NCBI GenBank assembly: GCA_020631635.1
Contig: JAHDGW010000001.1
Location: 1-51,707 of the forward strand
DNA: 51,707 nt
From: Saprospiraceae bacterium
GTDB lineage: Bacteria > Bacteroidota > Bacteroidia > Chitinophagales > Saprospiraceae
Reading direction: 5' to 3'
Part shown: positions 8,950 to 17,370 of the stretch, in pieces
Layout of the letters: each line of letters begins with the position of its first letter
Numbering within the stretch: the stretch's first letter is position 1
Program-made: the position numbers and the translations under genes
Notes under the pieces: model-generated
Seen by the model: only the letters and a program-made list of their open reading frames with translations
Database searches by the model: none
What the model was told of the DNA's origin: nothing

Positions 8950-8967
8950 AGTTATCGTGTATCTTTG
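8939..8967 (+). promoter_or_regulatory. Candidate Bacteroidetes sigma-A promoter (TTG-N18-TAtcTTTG)
   Basis: TTG at 8939-8941 and TATCTTTG at 8960-8967 match the TTG/TAnnTTTG consensus. The site is oriented toward the 9152 gene and sits immediately upstream of the inverted repeat at 8969. Confidence 0.4.
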
Positions 8968-8968
8968 T

Positions 8969-9129
8969 AGAGAATGTTTAAGAGTCTATGATTGAGCGAA
9001 AGTGGAAAATTTTTGTTTGGATTAAGGCGAAAAACGAAGACGATGCCTTAGCATCAGCGAGGCTTTTCAACGCAAATAGAAATAAAAGTTGCCAGTTGCA
9101 GCCAATTAATAGGTTTTTAAACATTCTCT
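8969..9129 (+). other. Structured leader or MITE-like element closed by a 13-bp perfect inverted repeat
   Basis: AGAGAATGTTTAA (8969-8981) and TTAAACATTCTCT (9117-9129) are exact reverse complements and enclose 135 nt. Inner stems are possible, for example AAGGC...GCCTT. The element ends 22 nt before the ATG at 9152. Confidence 0.4.
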
Positions 9130-9151
9130 TTAAACAAGATAGATAAAAATT

Positions 9152-9724
9152 ATGCTAAAAATACCTGTACTCGCTTGTGATATTAACCATCTTACGGATG
9201 CTCGATATTTTGCAGCCTGGGGCGTAGATTATATGGCCTTTGTTGTAGATCAAGACGATCCTCGTACATTGCTACCTGAGCAACTTAAAGAGATCGTTGA
9301 TTGGGTAGAGGGCCCTGTTATGTTAGGTCAGTGGCAAGGGCTTGCGCCCATACGTTCTGATTATGTAGAGATTCTTAGCGGTCTTATATTTAGCCTTTTT
9401 GTACCAGAGCACTTACGTGAGGAATTAAGTGATGCAGATCCTAAGTTCATAGAGGTGCATAGTGATATAGCTCTAGTTGCGTCTTATGTAGATGATGGCT
9501 ATCATGTAATTTTAAAATCGGAAGAATCTTATTCCACATTATCCTCTAGACTACAAGAACATCATATCGAGATAGCTCAATGCTTGATCGATACGACCGG
9601 CACTCTTGATCTCGGAGATGCTCCTAGTTATGGTATCGTATTGCGAGGAAGTGAAGAAGAGAAAGTGGGTTATAAGTCTTATGATGATTTAGATGAGATA
9701 TTGGAAGGGCTGATGGCGGATTGA
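9152..9724 (+). CDS. Phosphoribosylanthranilate-isomerase-like (TrpF-like) protein, not in a trp operon
   Basis: 190 aa. N-terminus KIPVLACDINHLTDARYFAAWGVDYMAFVVDQDDPRTLLPEQLKEI parallels the TrpF pattern K.CG......a.....GaD..GfvF...SpR.v..e.a..i. C-terminus is GIVLRGSEEEKVGYKSYDDLDEIL. The functional call is tentative. Confidence 0.55.
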   Translation: MLKIPVLACDINHLTDARYFAAWGVDYMAFVVDQDDPRTLLPEQLKEIVDWVEGPVMLGQWQGLAPIRSDYVEILSGLIFSLFVPEHLREELSDADPKFIEVHSDIALVASYVDDGYHVILKSEESYSTLSSRLQEHHIEIAQCLIDTTGTLDLGDAPSYGIVLRGSEEEKVGYKSYDDLDEILEGLMAD

Positions 9725-9818
9725 GTTTATCATCATCCTTTAAGGAAAAACTCTAGTTAAAAAGTAATTCAAAATTTAAAGCTGTCTCTTATTTTAAGAT
9801 CATAAATAATTCGTTTGC

Positions 9819-10649
9819 TTGAGGCCTTTATATCAATTTAATATTCCTGACGAGACAGAAGTCATAAAAAGAAATCGTACGATTACTACTTATTATGCGC
9901 TGTTATATAATCAACAACCTGAGCTTTTCAAATGGGCAGGGATGGCCTCTTTTGCCTCATTTCATATCGGTACAAAACTGAAGCTATGGGACTGGTCAAA
10001 AAGTGGTATCAACAACATTTCTTTTAGGGACACAAAGAATAAGCGTATTGAAGATGATTTTCAAATCATAAGAATTTTAAATAATAAAATATTCGATGAA
10101 ATTGGCGGATTACATCTATCCTTTGTACAATTAAACTACGATGAGTTTAGGTCATCTCTTATCCATGAAAAAAAACATTCACTTATAGTACATGCCTTTG
10201 ATAGATTGCACTATTTCAGAAAACGTATAAGGGCGAATAATTTTTCTAAAAGCGATATTCAACACATCTGGAGTGCCAATATTGATATCCTATGGCATGA
10301 ACAGTCAAAAGTCGTACAGCCTTATTTTGATCAATTAAGTAGCTTGTTTTCACGTGCTATGACTCTTTTTGCCAGCTTTGATTATAATATTAATCATCAA
10401 AAGACGGATTGGAAGGTGGCATCACGTTTTATCTTTTTTATGTATTTCAATGGATTTAATCTTATAAAAAACAATGGATGCGTACCAAGCTTAGTCAACT
10501 TAGATCATCGATGGTATTGGATATGTAATGATCTTATTAAAAAATGGCAGAAGATAGAGAGTTATGACAAGAGGATAATGAGTGAAATCAACTTTTTGTC
10601 TCAACTAGAAGATCGAAAATTAACGATAAATCATCCTGATGATTATTAG
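9819..10649 (+). CDS. Hypothetical protein (276 aa, TTG start in the track)
   Basis: Long ORF with coding-like composition and no family recognised by eye. The start is uncertain because there is no early in-frame ATG. Confidence 0.55.
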   Translation: MRPLYQFNIPDETEVIKRNRTITTYYALLYNQQPELFKWAGMASFASFHIGTKLKLWDWSKSGINNISFRDTKNKRIEDDFQIIRILNNKIFDEIGGLHLSFVQLNYDEFRSSLIHEKKHSLIVHAFDRLHYFRKRIRANNFSKSDIQHIWSANIDILWHEQSKVVQPYFDQLSSLFSRAMTLFASFDYNINHQKTDWKVASRFIFFMYFNGFNLIKNNGCVPSLVNLDHRWYWICNDLIKKWQKIESYDKRIMSEINFLSQLEDRKLTINHPDDY

Positions 10650-10716
10650 AATCAAACGTAAGAGCTTATTTCCTACCTAAGGTCTCGTTAGTCAAAGTTT
10701 ATAATCCTTGACATTC

Positions 10717-11163
10717 TTACCCCAACGCCCCCTTCACAATAGCCGCAATTGTCTTACCATCTGCTTTACCGGCTAGTTTGCCAGAAGCCATGCCCATGAC
10801 TTTACCCATATCTTTCATACCGGTAGCGCCCACTTGAGCGATGATGCCTTTTACGATTTCGGTGATTGCAGCTTCATCGAGTTGCTCAGGTAAGTATCTT
10901 TTAAGTACTTCTATCTCTTCACGCTCTTTTACGGCGAGGTCTTCACGTTCTTGTTTTTCGAAGATATCGAGCGAGTCTTGACGTTGTTTTACGAGTTTTT
11001 GGATGAGTTTGATCTCTCCTACCTCATCGAGTTCTTTACCAGTACCATCCGTTTTTAGCAATAAGATTTGTGCTTTTACAGCTCTTATTGTTCTAAGTGC
11101 TGCTTGATCTTTTGCCTTCATGGCAGCCTTAAGGTCGGTCGTAATTCTAGTTTCTAAACTCAT
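10717..11163 (-). CDS. GatB/YqeY domain-containing protein
   Basis: 148 aa. The pattern ITTDLKAAMKAKDQAALRTIRAVKAQILL...EIEVLKRYLPEQL...GMKDMGKVMG is the characteristic YqeY pattern. Its start overlaps the rsmA stop (ATGA). Confidence 0.9.
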   Translation of the reverse strand: MSLETRITTDLKAAMKAKDQAALRTIRAVKAQILLLKTDGTGKELDEVGEIKLIQKLVKQRQDSLDIFEKQEREDLAVKEREEIEVLKRYLPEQLDEAAITEIVKGIIAQVGATGMKDMGKVMGMASGKLAGKADGKTIAAIVKGALG

Positions 11164-11939
11164 AAGTTTTGTGTTTCAATTTGCTTCGTCAAAGAAACGA
11201 AATCTTCTAAAGAAAGTTGCTCTGGTCTTTTGGTGAAGAGATCTTCTTTGAGTGCTTCGGGGTCTTTGATAAACTGTTTCATCGTATTGCGGAGCATCTT
11301 TCGTCGTTGACCAAAGCTTATTTTTACCACTGACTTAAAAAGGCTCTCGTCACAATCGATGGACTCTTCCTTACGAGTAAGTCTGATCACAGCTGACATT
11401 ACTCTTGGTGGTGGGTTAAAAGATTCTGGATTTACTGTAAATAAATACTCACAATCATAATGCGCTTGTGTCAATACACTGATGACACCGTAGGTCTTGC
11501 TTCCATGAGGAGCTACTATCCTATCCGCTACTTCTTTTTGAAACATACCAACCATGACAGGAATATAAGGCTTATACTTGATCATGTGAAAAATGATCTG
11601 ACTGGATATATTGTACGGGTAGTTTCCTATTAACCCAAAAGAATCTCCTTGAAATGCTTCATCTAACTTGAGTTTTAAAAAATCCTTAAAGTAGATATGA
11701 TCTACGAGTTGGGGGTAAGCGGCTGAGATATATTCTACCATATCTACGTCGGCTTCTACAAGTTTGAGAGCACGTCCTTTTACAAGCAAGTGTTTTGTCA
11801 GTACACCTTGCCCTGGACCCACCTCTAAGACATTACCGATATCACTGTGGTCGATCAATCCGTCAACGATACGCATCGCAATGGCCTCATTATTCAGAAA
11901 ATGCTGTCCAAATGACTTCTTGGCCCTTACTCGTTTCAT
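11160..11939 (-). CDS. rsmA: 16S rRNA (adenine1518/1519-N6)-dimethyltransferase
   Basis: KKSFGQHFLNNEAIAMRIVD...VLEVGPGQGVLT...GNYPYNISSQI...FNPPPRV...FGQRRKML are hallmark KsgA/RsmA motifs. Confidence 0.95.
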   Translation of the reverse strand: MKRVRAKKSFGQHFLNNEAIAMRIVDGLIDHSDIGNVLEVGPGQGVLTKHLLVKGRALKLVEADVDMVEYISAAYPQLVDHIYFKDFLKLKLDEAFQGDSFGLIGNYPYNISSQIIFHMIKYKPYIPVMVGMFQKEVADRIVAPHGSKTYGVISVLTQAHYDCEYLFTVNPESFNPPPRVMSAVIRLTRKEESIDCDESLFKSVVKISFGQRRKMLRNTMKQFIKDPEALKEDLFTKRPEQLSLEDFVSLTKQIETQNL

Positions 11940-12055
11940 AGCTTTTTGATATCGATACGGAAAAGTACAAATTAAAGAAATATATAATGTTAGTTTTGTA
12001 ATATATCTGATAGACTTCTGTTTTGTTAGAGTATATATTATCTAAAAAAGACCAG

Positions 12056-13117
12056 ATGAGTAAAATAAAAATAGGAATTACAATCGGTGACATCAACGGA
12101 ATAGGACCAGAGGTGATCATCAAGGCCTTGAGCAATCGAAGAATGTTGGATATGTGTATCCCTATTATCTATGGATCATCAAAGGTGATATCTTATTATA
12201 AGAACATTGTAGATTCTCAAGACTTTCAATTTTCTAATATACAAGATGCTGGTAGAGCTGCTAACCATAAGGTAAACCTTGTCAATTGCTGGGACGATAC
12301 TGTCAATATAGAAATGGGCAAAGCGACTGAAGATGGTGGCAAATATGCTCATATTGCAATGGATAAGGCACTCCAGGATGCAAAAGATGGTAAGATACAT
12401 GCCATCGTAACCGCACCCATCAATAAGGCCGCTATGAAAATGACTAATTTTCCTTATCCAGGGCATACGGAGTTTTTTACCGATCAGACTGGTGCTAGTA
12501 CTAGTCTCATGACCATGGTATCTGATGACTTGAAGGTCGCAGTATGTACCAATCATATCCCTGTAAGTGAAATTTCAACACAACTTTCACGAGAATTAAT
12601 TATCAAAAAACTAAAGATTTTCAATAAGTCACTCATCAATGATTTTGGTCTTCAAAAGCCCACAATTGCTATTTTGGGACTAAACCCACATGCTGGCGAA
12701 GAAGGTAATATAGGTACTGAAGAGCAAGAATATATACGCCCTCTCATCATAGAAGCTAAAAAGAATGGCGTTATGGCCGTAGGGCCTTATCCAGCAGATG
12801 GCTTTTTTGGTAGTAGTGAATATGCAAAGGTAGATGGTATCCTTGCTATGTACCACGATCAAGGGTTAATCCCTTTTAAGGCTTTAAGCTTTGGCAATGG
12901 TGTAAATGTCACAGCGGGCTTATCCATAGTACGTACATCTCCCGATCATGGTACTGCATATGATATTGTAGGACAGAATAAAGGTGATGCTTCTTCTATG
13001 CGCAATGCTATCTATAGGGCTATAGATATTGTAAAACACAGAAACGAAATGATGGAAATAAATACAGAACGAAACGAAAGAAAAGTGTCGAAACCATCAG
13101 AATCAGCTGCAGAGTAG
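12056..13117 (+). CDS. pdxA: 4-hydroxythreonine-4-phosphate dehydrogenase
   Basis: MSKIKIGITIGDINGIGPEVIIKA...VTAPINK...YPGHTEF...LGLNPHAGE.G..G.EE...GPYPADG.F...YHDQGLIPFK...VRTSPDHGTA. The track ORF begins 11 codons earlier at 12023. Confidence 0.95.
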   Translation: MSKIKIGITIGDINGIGPEVIIKALSNRRMLDMCIPIIYGSSKVISYYKNIVDSQDFQFSNIQDAGRAANHKVNLVNCWDDTVNIEMGKATEDGGKYAHIAMDKALQDAKDGKIHAIVTAPINKAAMKMTNFPYPGHTEFFTDQTGASTSLMTMVSDDLKVAVCTNHIPVSEISTQLSRELIIKKLKIFNKSLINDFGLQKPTIAILGLNPHAGEEGNIGTEEQEYIRPLIIEAKKNGVMAVGPYPADGFFGSSEYAKVDGILAMYHDQGLIPFKALSFGNGVNVTAGLSIVRTSPDHGTAYDIVGQNKGDASSMRNAIYRAIDIVKHRNEMMEINTERNERKVSKPSESAAE

Positions 13118-13257
13118 GTTGTCTAAATTCAAAAATAGGTAACGAACGGTTCTAATATTCACTACAGATTGGTTTATTGAATCACAGCCCTTCCTTATGG
13201 CTCCGACATTACAAATATAAACGGAGTTTACATATAAATAATTCCTAGGGCCAAAAA

Positions 13258-13833
13258 TTAGTTAATCCTTACGGCAGGATTTGGAGCATTATCCAGCAGA
13301 TATAGTTGATGTTGCTCGATTTTATTGATGAGCTTATAGGCGTATTTTTTATCCGTAGCATATCCACAAGACCTCAAACCATGAGCCCATTGTAAGTAAT
13401 CTGTTTTAGTATATGTAAACAATACTGCATATCGATCTGATTGCATCAGAAAATTACTGTGATCAACATATGAGTCTATGGAAGAATTATATGCTCTAAA
13501 GCATGACTCCGTAAGATTGCCTTTGTGGTCATAATCATCATCTTCATGAAAATAGGTAGATCCTCTCCAGTATGACTTACATTTTATACCAAAGTGGTTA
13601 TTGGCATTAGTAGCTAACTCGCTAAAACCATTATTGGATTCTAACAATCCTTGAGCCATAATGATGCTCGCAGGTATACCGCTTCTATGCATTTCCACTA
13701 TGGCAAGATCTCTATATTGATCAATATACGCTACTGCTGGACTAAGCTCGTAAGACTTGAATGCGATAGCAGATACCCATAAACATATGGTAAATGCTAA
13801 AGCACCTATAGTTTTTTGAATTGAAATCGACAT
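13258..13833 (-). CDS. Glucosaminidase (mannosyl-glycoprotein endo-beta-N-acetylglucosaminidase) domain protein
   Basis: N-terminal membrane/signal segment, then IPASIIMAQGLLESNNGFSELATNANNHFGIKC...YATD.KYA.KLI, the typical LytD/FlgJ-type glucosaminidase core. Confidence 0.85.
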   Translation of the reverse strand: MSISIQKTIGALAFTICLWVSAIAFKSYELSPAVAYIDQYRDLAIVEMHRSGIPASIIMAQGLLESNNGFSELATNANNHFGIKCKSYWRGSTYFHEDDDYDHKGNLTESCFRAYNSSIDSYVDHSNFLMQSDRYAVLFTYTKTDYLQWAHGLRSCGYATDKKYAYKLINKIEQHQLYLLDNAPNPAVRIN

Positions 13834-13878
13834 AACCTTTCAAAGCCAAAGATTATGCCAAAGCAAAAATCACAAGCG

Positions 13879-15633
13879 CTATCGAATAACCGATATGCTT
13901 GATCTATCTAGTATTTGGTTATCGCTATCGTAAATTACCAGATGATATGTACCTTCTACCCAATCATCTGGTATGTTATATTCCAAACCATCTTTCAAGT
14001 CTTGTGCCTCAATGTTGAGGGTTTTCAATTGTCTTCCTGTTTGATCTAAGAATGATAATGATATTTCTCCTTGACTACCATAATTTGCTCTTATTGAAAT
14101 GTATGCACTCGATGGATTTGGGAAAACATATAATCTACTTCCATCGGCGACTCTATTTTCGACCATTTTAATTTCACTGTATGTACTTTTGCCATCAATA
14201 TCTACTTGCTCCAGTTTATAATAGTTTTTTCCTTTTGTTGGGTTAAGGTCTGTGTAAGAGTATTCATTGGTCTTGTTACTATTATTTACTCCTTTTACCT
14301 GTCCGATATGGTTATATCGATGACCATCAGTACTACGTAAGATGTTAAAATGGCTATTGTTTTGTTCGCTTGCTGTAGACCAATTTATGAGATTTTTGCC
14401 TCCTACATTATTAGCAGTAAAACTTAACCATTCTACTGGGACTGTTATATTACCCAACATCAGAAAATGAGTTCCAAACGTTACATCATTGGCAATAATA
14501 CATCCTGAGTTAAAAAATGGGTATACTCCCCAGTTTCCTTCTGTCCCCGTATAATTCCCCGTATTATTTAAACTATAGGTGTCAAAAAATGCATGTAATG
14601 TAGGACTATCAGGGTTTGTGATATCAAACACCTGTATACCATCTTCATAATATGAAATGTATAGTAGATTATTGTGGACAAAAGGATTGTGCGGTGTAGG
14701 TAAGTTACTTGCCGATGACACAAGCTTACTATTAAAGGTAGATTTAAAGACAAGGTCCGTCTCTGTTTCTTGAAGGACAATCATCGGTCTTCCGGTAGGT
14801 ACTTCTTCTGCAAGATATATACGATCTCCACTTTTCCAAGAACTATGGTTATATCCTGTTGGGCCAGCTCCTGTAGAGTATGATTTTACATCTGCTTCAT
14901 TGGCAATACTATAGTTATCAATGCCCGTCGAACAATCGAGACCTGAAAGATCCCATACATACATACCTGTATATCCATGAGAGCAATACGCTATATTATT
15001 TTCGACATAAAGGTCGTGGATATAAAAATCAGTAGTCGAAAGGGGTGGATTAGCTCCAGCACCATCAGGATCATTGAAGTTTATCCTTTTACATAAGCTA
15101 GGTAATGCTGGAGAAGAAAGATCATAAATCAATAAATCTATTCCACTCCCAAAATTACCACCACAAACATAGAGTTTAGCGTTAGACTCATCGATGTAAA
15201 TATTATGTGCTGATGAAAAATCATTGGATATAACACTATGACTTACATTACCATTATCTACATCGCTGAGATCGATGATTTTCATACCCTCATTACATCC
15301 ATCGCATACCGCGTATGCATAATTTCCATAGGTTTTGATATCCCTCCAGATAACAGATTCTCCTGACCCTGGAGCGCCTGAAGCGTTAGAAGATATCGTG
15401 TCTACCACTACAGGATTATTACATGAGTTGACTCTCATTATATCTATTGATGTTGCGGTCCCTATCAACGCATACTCATTATTAGCACTTGTAAAACCCC
15501 AAACATCGTTGAACTTGACTCCTGCAAAGATCGGTTTTGGAGGATTATACTGATACAGCAAAGTCATATTGTCTGACTGTGCTAGGGAGATTATATAAGT
15601 AAAAATTAGAAGGAAACTAACCAGATATTTCAT
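13879..15633 (-). CDS. LVIVD-repeat / choice-of-anchor-B type beta-propeller protein with T9SS type A C-terminal sorting domain
   Basis: Signal peptide MKYLVSFLLIFTYIISLAQ and a propeller-like N-terminal region (FNDVWGFT..NEYALIGT...). C-terminus YVFPNPSSAYISIRA...GTYHLVIYD...SISVIR matches the Por secretion tail pattern. Confidence 0.8.
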   Translation of the reverse strand: MKYLVSFLLIFTYIISLAQSDNMTLLYQYNPPKPIFAGVKFNDVWGFTSANNEYALIGTATSIDIMRVNSCNNPVVVDTISSNASGAPGSGESVIWRDIKTYGNYAYAVCDGCNEGMKIIDLSDVDNGNVSHSVISNDFSSAHNIYIDESNAKLYVCGGNFGSGIDLLIYDLSSPALPSLCKRINFNDPDGAGANPPLSTTDFYIHDLYVENNIAYCSHGYTGMYVWDLSGLDCSTGIDNYSIANEADVKSYSTGAGPTGYNHSSWKSGDRIYLAEEVPTGRPMIVLQETETDLVFKSTFNSKLVSSASNLPTPHNPFVHNNLLYISYYEDGIQVFDITNPDSPTLHAFFDTYSLNNTGNYTGTEGNWGVYPFFNSGCIIANDVTFGTHFLMLGNITVPVEWLSFTANNVGGKNLINWSTASEQNNSHFNILRSTDGHRYNHIGQVKGVNNSNKTNEYSYTDLNPTKGKNYYKLEQVDIDGKSTYSEIKMVENRVADGSRLYVFPNPSSAYISIRANYGSQGEISLSFLDQTGRQLKTLNIEAQDLKDGLEYNIPDDWVEGTYHLVIYDSDNQILDRSSISVIR

Positions 15634-15778
15634 GTACTATCTACTAAATATAAAAGTGATTTAATGGCGTCTTTAATTGATTAAATCTTGAATACATTAA
15701 ATATAAAACAATGTACTATTAAAAATGTACCTATTTGAAAAATACAATGGTTGTTTGTCTTACAAAGGTTCAATTCAA

Positions 15779-15786
15779 TAGCTTTG
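15779..15786 (+). promoter_or_regulatory. Candidate -7 promoter box TAgcTTTG
   Basis: Exact TAnnTTTG match 48 nt upstream of the 15834 start. Single-motif evidence only. Confidence 0.3.
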
Positions 15787-15833
15787 ACGCTTCGTAGTAA
15801 TTATACATCTTTGTTGACCAGCAAATTGAAAAA

Positions 15834-16778
15834 TTGAGAGAGAACGAACGAATAATATTAGATTATAATGGTGACCACCCTGGCCCTCTTTTAATAGTGT
15901 TCGGAGCAATGCATGGTAACGAACCCGCAGGTGTAAAGGCACTAGAGCTCATGGCTAAAATGCTAGAAGTAGAACCCATTACCAATCCTGACTTTACTTT
16001 TTGTGGAAACATGCTAGGTCTTATCGGTAACTTCCGTGCCTATAATGAAGGAAAACGCTACATCAACCGTGACTTAAATAGGCAATGGATCAAAGCAGAC
16101 ATCGATCAATTTAAGTATGATAGCTATGAATCCCTCACCCCAGAGCAAGTAGAAATTATCGAAAACTTAGAAATCATAGAAGATTACATTCTGAGATTGA
16201 AGCCCGAAAAAATAATTGTGCTTGATCTCCACACGACCTCTTCTAAAGGGGGAATTTTCACTATCTGTACCGATGATCCTGAAAGTATTAAGATAGCGGT
16301 AGAGCTTCATGCGCCCGTCATAAAGGGCTTGCTTAGCGGGTTGCAAGGTACAAGTCTTCACTATTTTACGACCGAAAATCTTGGAATCCCTACTGTCGGG
16401 TTAACTTTTGAGTCTGGTCAACACGATGAAGCCTTATCTGTAAATAGAGCAATTGCGGCTTTGACTAATTGTATGCGTACCATAGGATGTGTAAAAGCTG
16501 AGCACATCGAAAATCAACATGATAGTATACTCATCGAGTATTCACGAGACCTACCTAAGGTTGCAGAACTGATTTACAGAAAAGATATCAAGGATTCTCC
16601 TTATTTTGAAATGCTTCCAGACTATCAAAATTTTCAAAAAGTATATAAAGGAGAAATCGTAGCAAAAGATAGTGATGGTGACGTAGAGATCATTGAAGAC
16701 TCTCATATACTGATGCCATTATATCAGAAGCAAGGAGAGGATGGCTTTTTTCTAATAAAATCACTTGTAGGCTATTAA
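15834..16778 (+). CDS. Succinylglutamate desuccinylase/aspartoacylase (M14-like zinc carboxypeptidase) family protein
   Basis: GPLLIVFGAMHGNEPAG...NRDLNR...VLDLHTTSS are the conserved zinc-binding and active-site blocks of the AstE/AspA family. TTG start in the track. Confidence 0.85.
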   Translation: MRENERIILDYNGDHPGPLLIVFGAMHGNEPAGVKALELMAKMLEVEPITNPDFTFCGNMLGLIGNFRAYNEGKRYINRDLNRQWIKADIDQFKYDSYESLTPEQVEIIENLEIIEDYILRLKPEKIIVLDLHTTSSKGGIFTICTDDPESIKIAVELHAPVIKGLLSGLQGTSLHYFTTENLGIPTVGLTFESGQHDEALSVNRAIAALTNCMRTIGCVKAEHIENQHDSILIEYSRDLPKVAELIYRKDIKDSPYFEMLPDYQNFQKVYKGEIVAKDSDGDVEIIEDSHILMPLYQKQGEDGFFLIKSLVGY

Positions 16779-16797
16779 AATAAAAACCAAATTAATC

Positions 16798-17259
16798 ATG
16801 GTATCAGAAGCAACTATAGAACAAATAATAGCCGAGCTAGAAGAGGAGGAATACTACCAATCCTACCTCGAAGCACTCACCAAGCAACAGGAAGACCTTT
16901 TTGTATTCTATCAATCTGAAAACTTTGAAGTATTACTGCAAGAAGAGTACGATGTCATGATATTTATGACCTTGGTTATCTTCGGAGCCACTGAACGTAC
17001 CATAGAAAAGAACGTAGATCTTATCTCGATAAAAAGAATCGAAGACCAAGAAGAAATACACTGGATGATGATGCAAGAGGCAAATAGTAACGCATTTAGA
17101 GATCGAGTTACTGTGTTTTTTGAAAAGTCTAAGCAAGAAGACTTATTAGCATTTGTGGAAGATACCCTTGCAATGGATGAAGAAAGCTCAATATCAGCCG
17201 TCGGTCGAGAGATCTTGTTTGTAACCATGTCTGCTTTGATAGAATGTGCTACTGGGTAA
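16798..17259 (+). CDS. Acidic hypothetical protein (153 aa)
   Basis: ATG ORF 20 nt after the preceding gene with coding-like composition. No family recognised. Confidence 0.6.
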   Translation: MVSEATIEQIIAELEEEEYYQSYLEALTKQQEDLFVFYQSENFEVLLQEEYDVMIFMTLVIFGATERTIEKNVDLISIKRIEDQEEIHWMMMQEANSNAFRDRVTVFFEKSKQEDLLAFVEDTLAMDEESSISAVGREILFVTMSALIECATG

Positions 17260-17370
17260 GTTTAATTCTAAGTGTTGCTTTCTTTATTCCGAGGTAGTTT
17301 TTATAAATTGTGAAGAAGGGTTTTTTGTTTACCCTTTCTACAATAATTGATAATAAAGATGCAACAAGAG

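Noticed and set aside
11890-12862. Small ORFs at 11890-12135 (-), 12179-12556 (-) and 12680-12862 (-), and 11764-11949 (+).
   Set aside because: They lie antisense to or overlap rsmA and pdxA, or sit within their divergent promoter region. The translations are low-complexity, and rsmA and pdxA fully explain the DNA.
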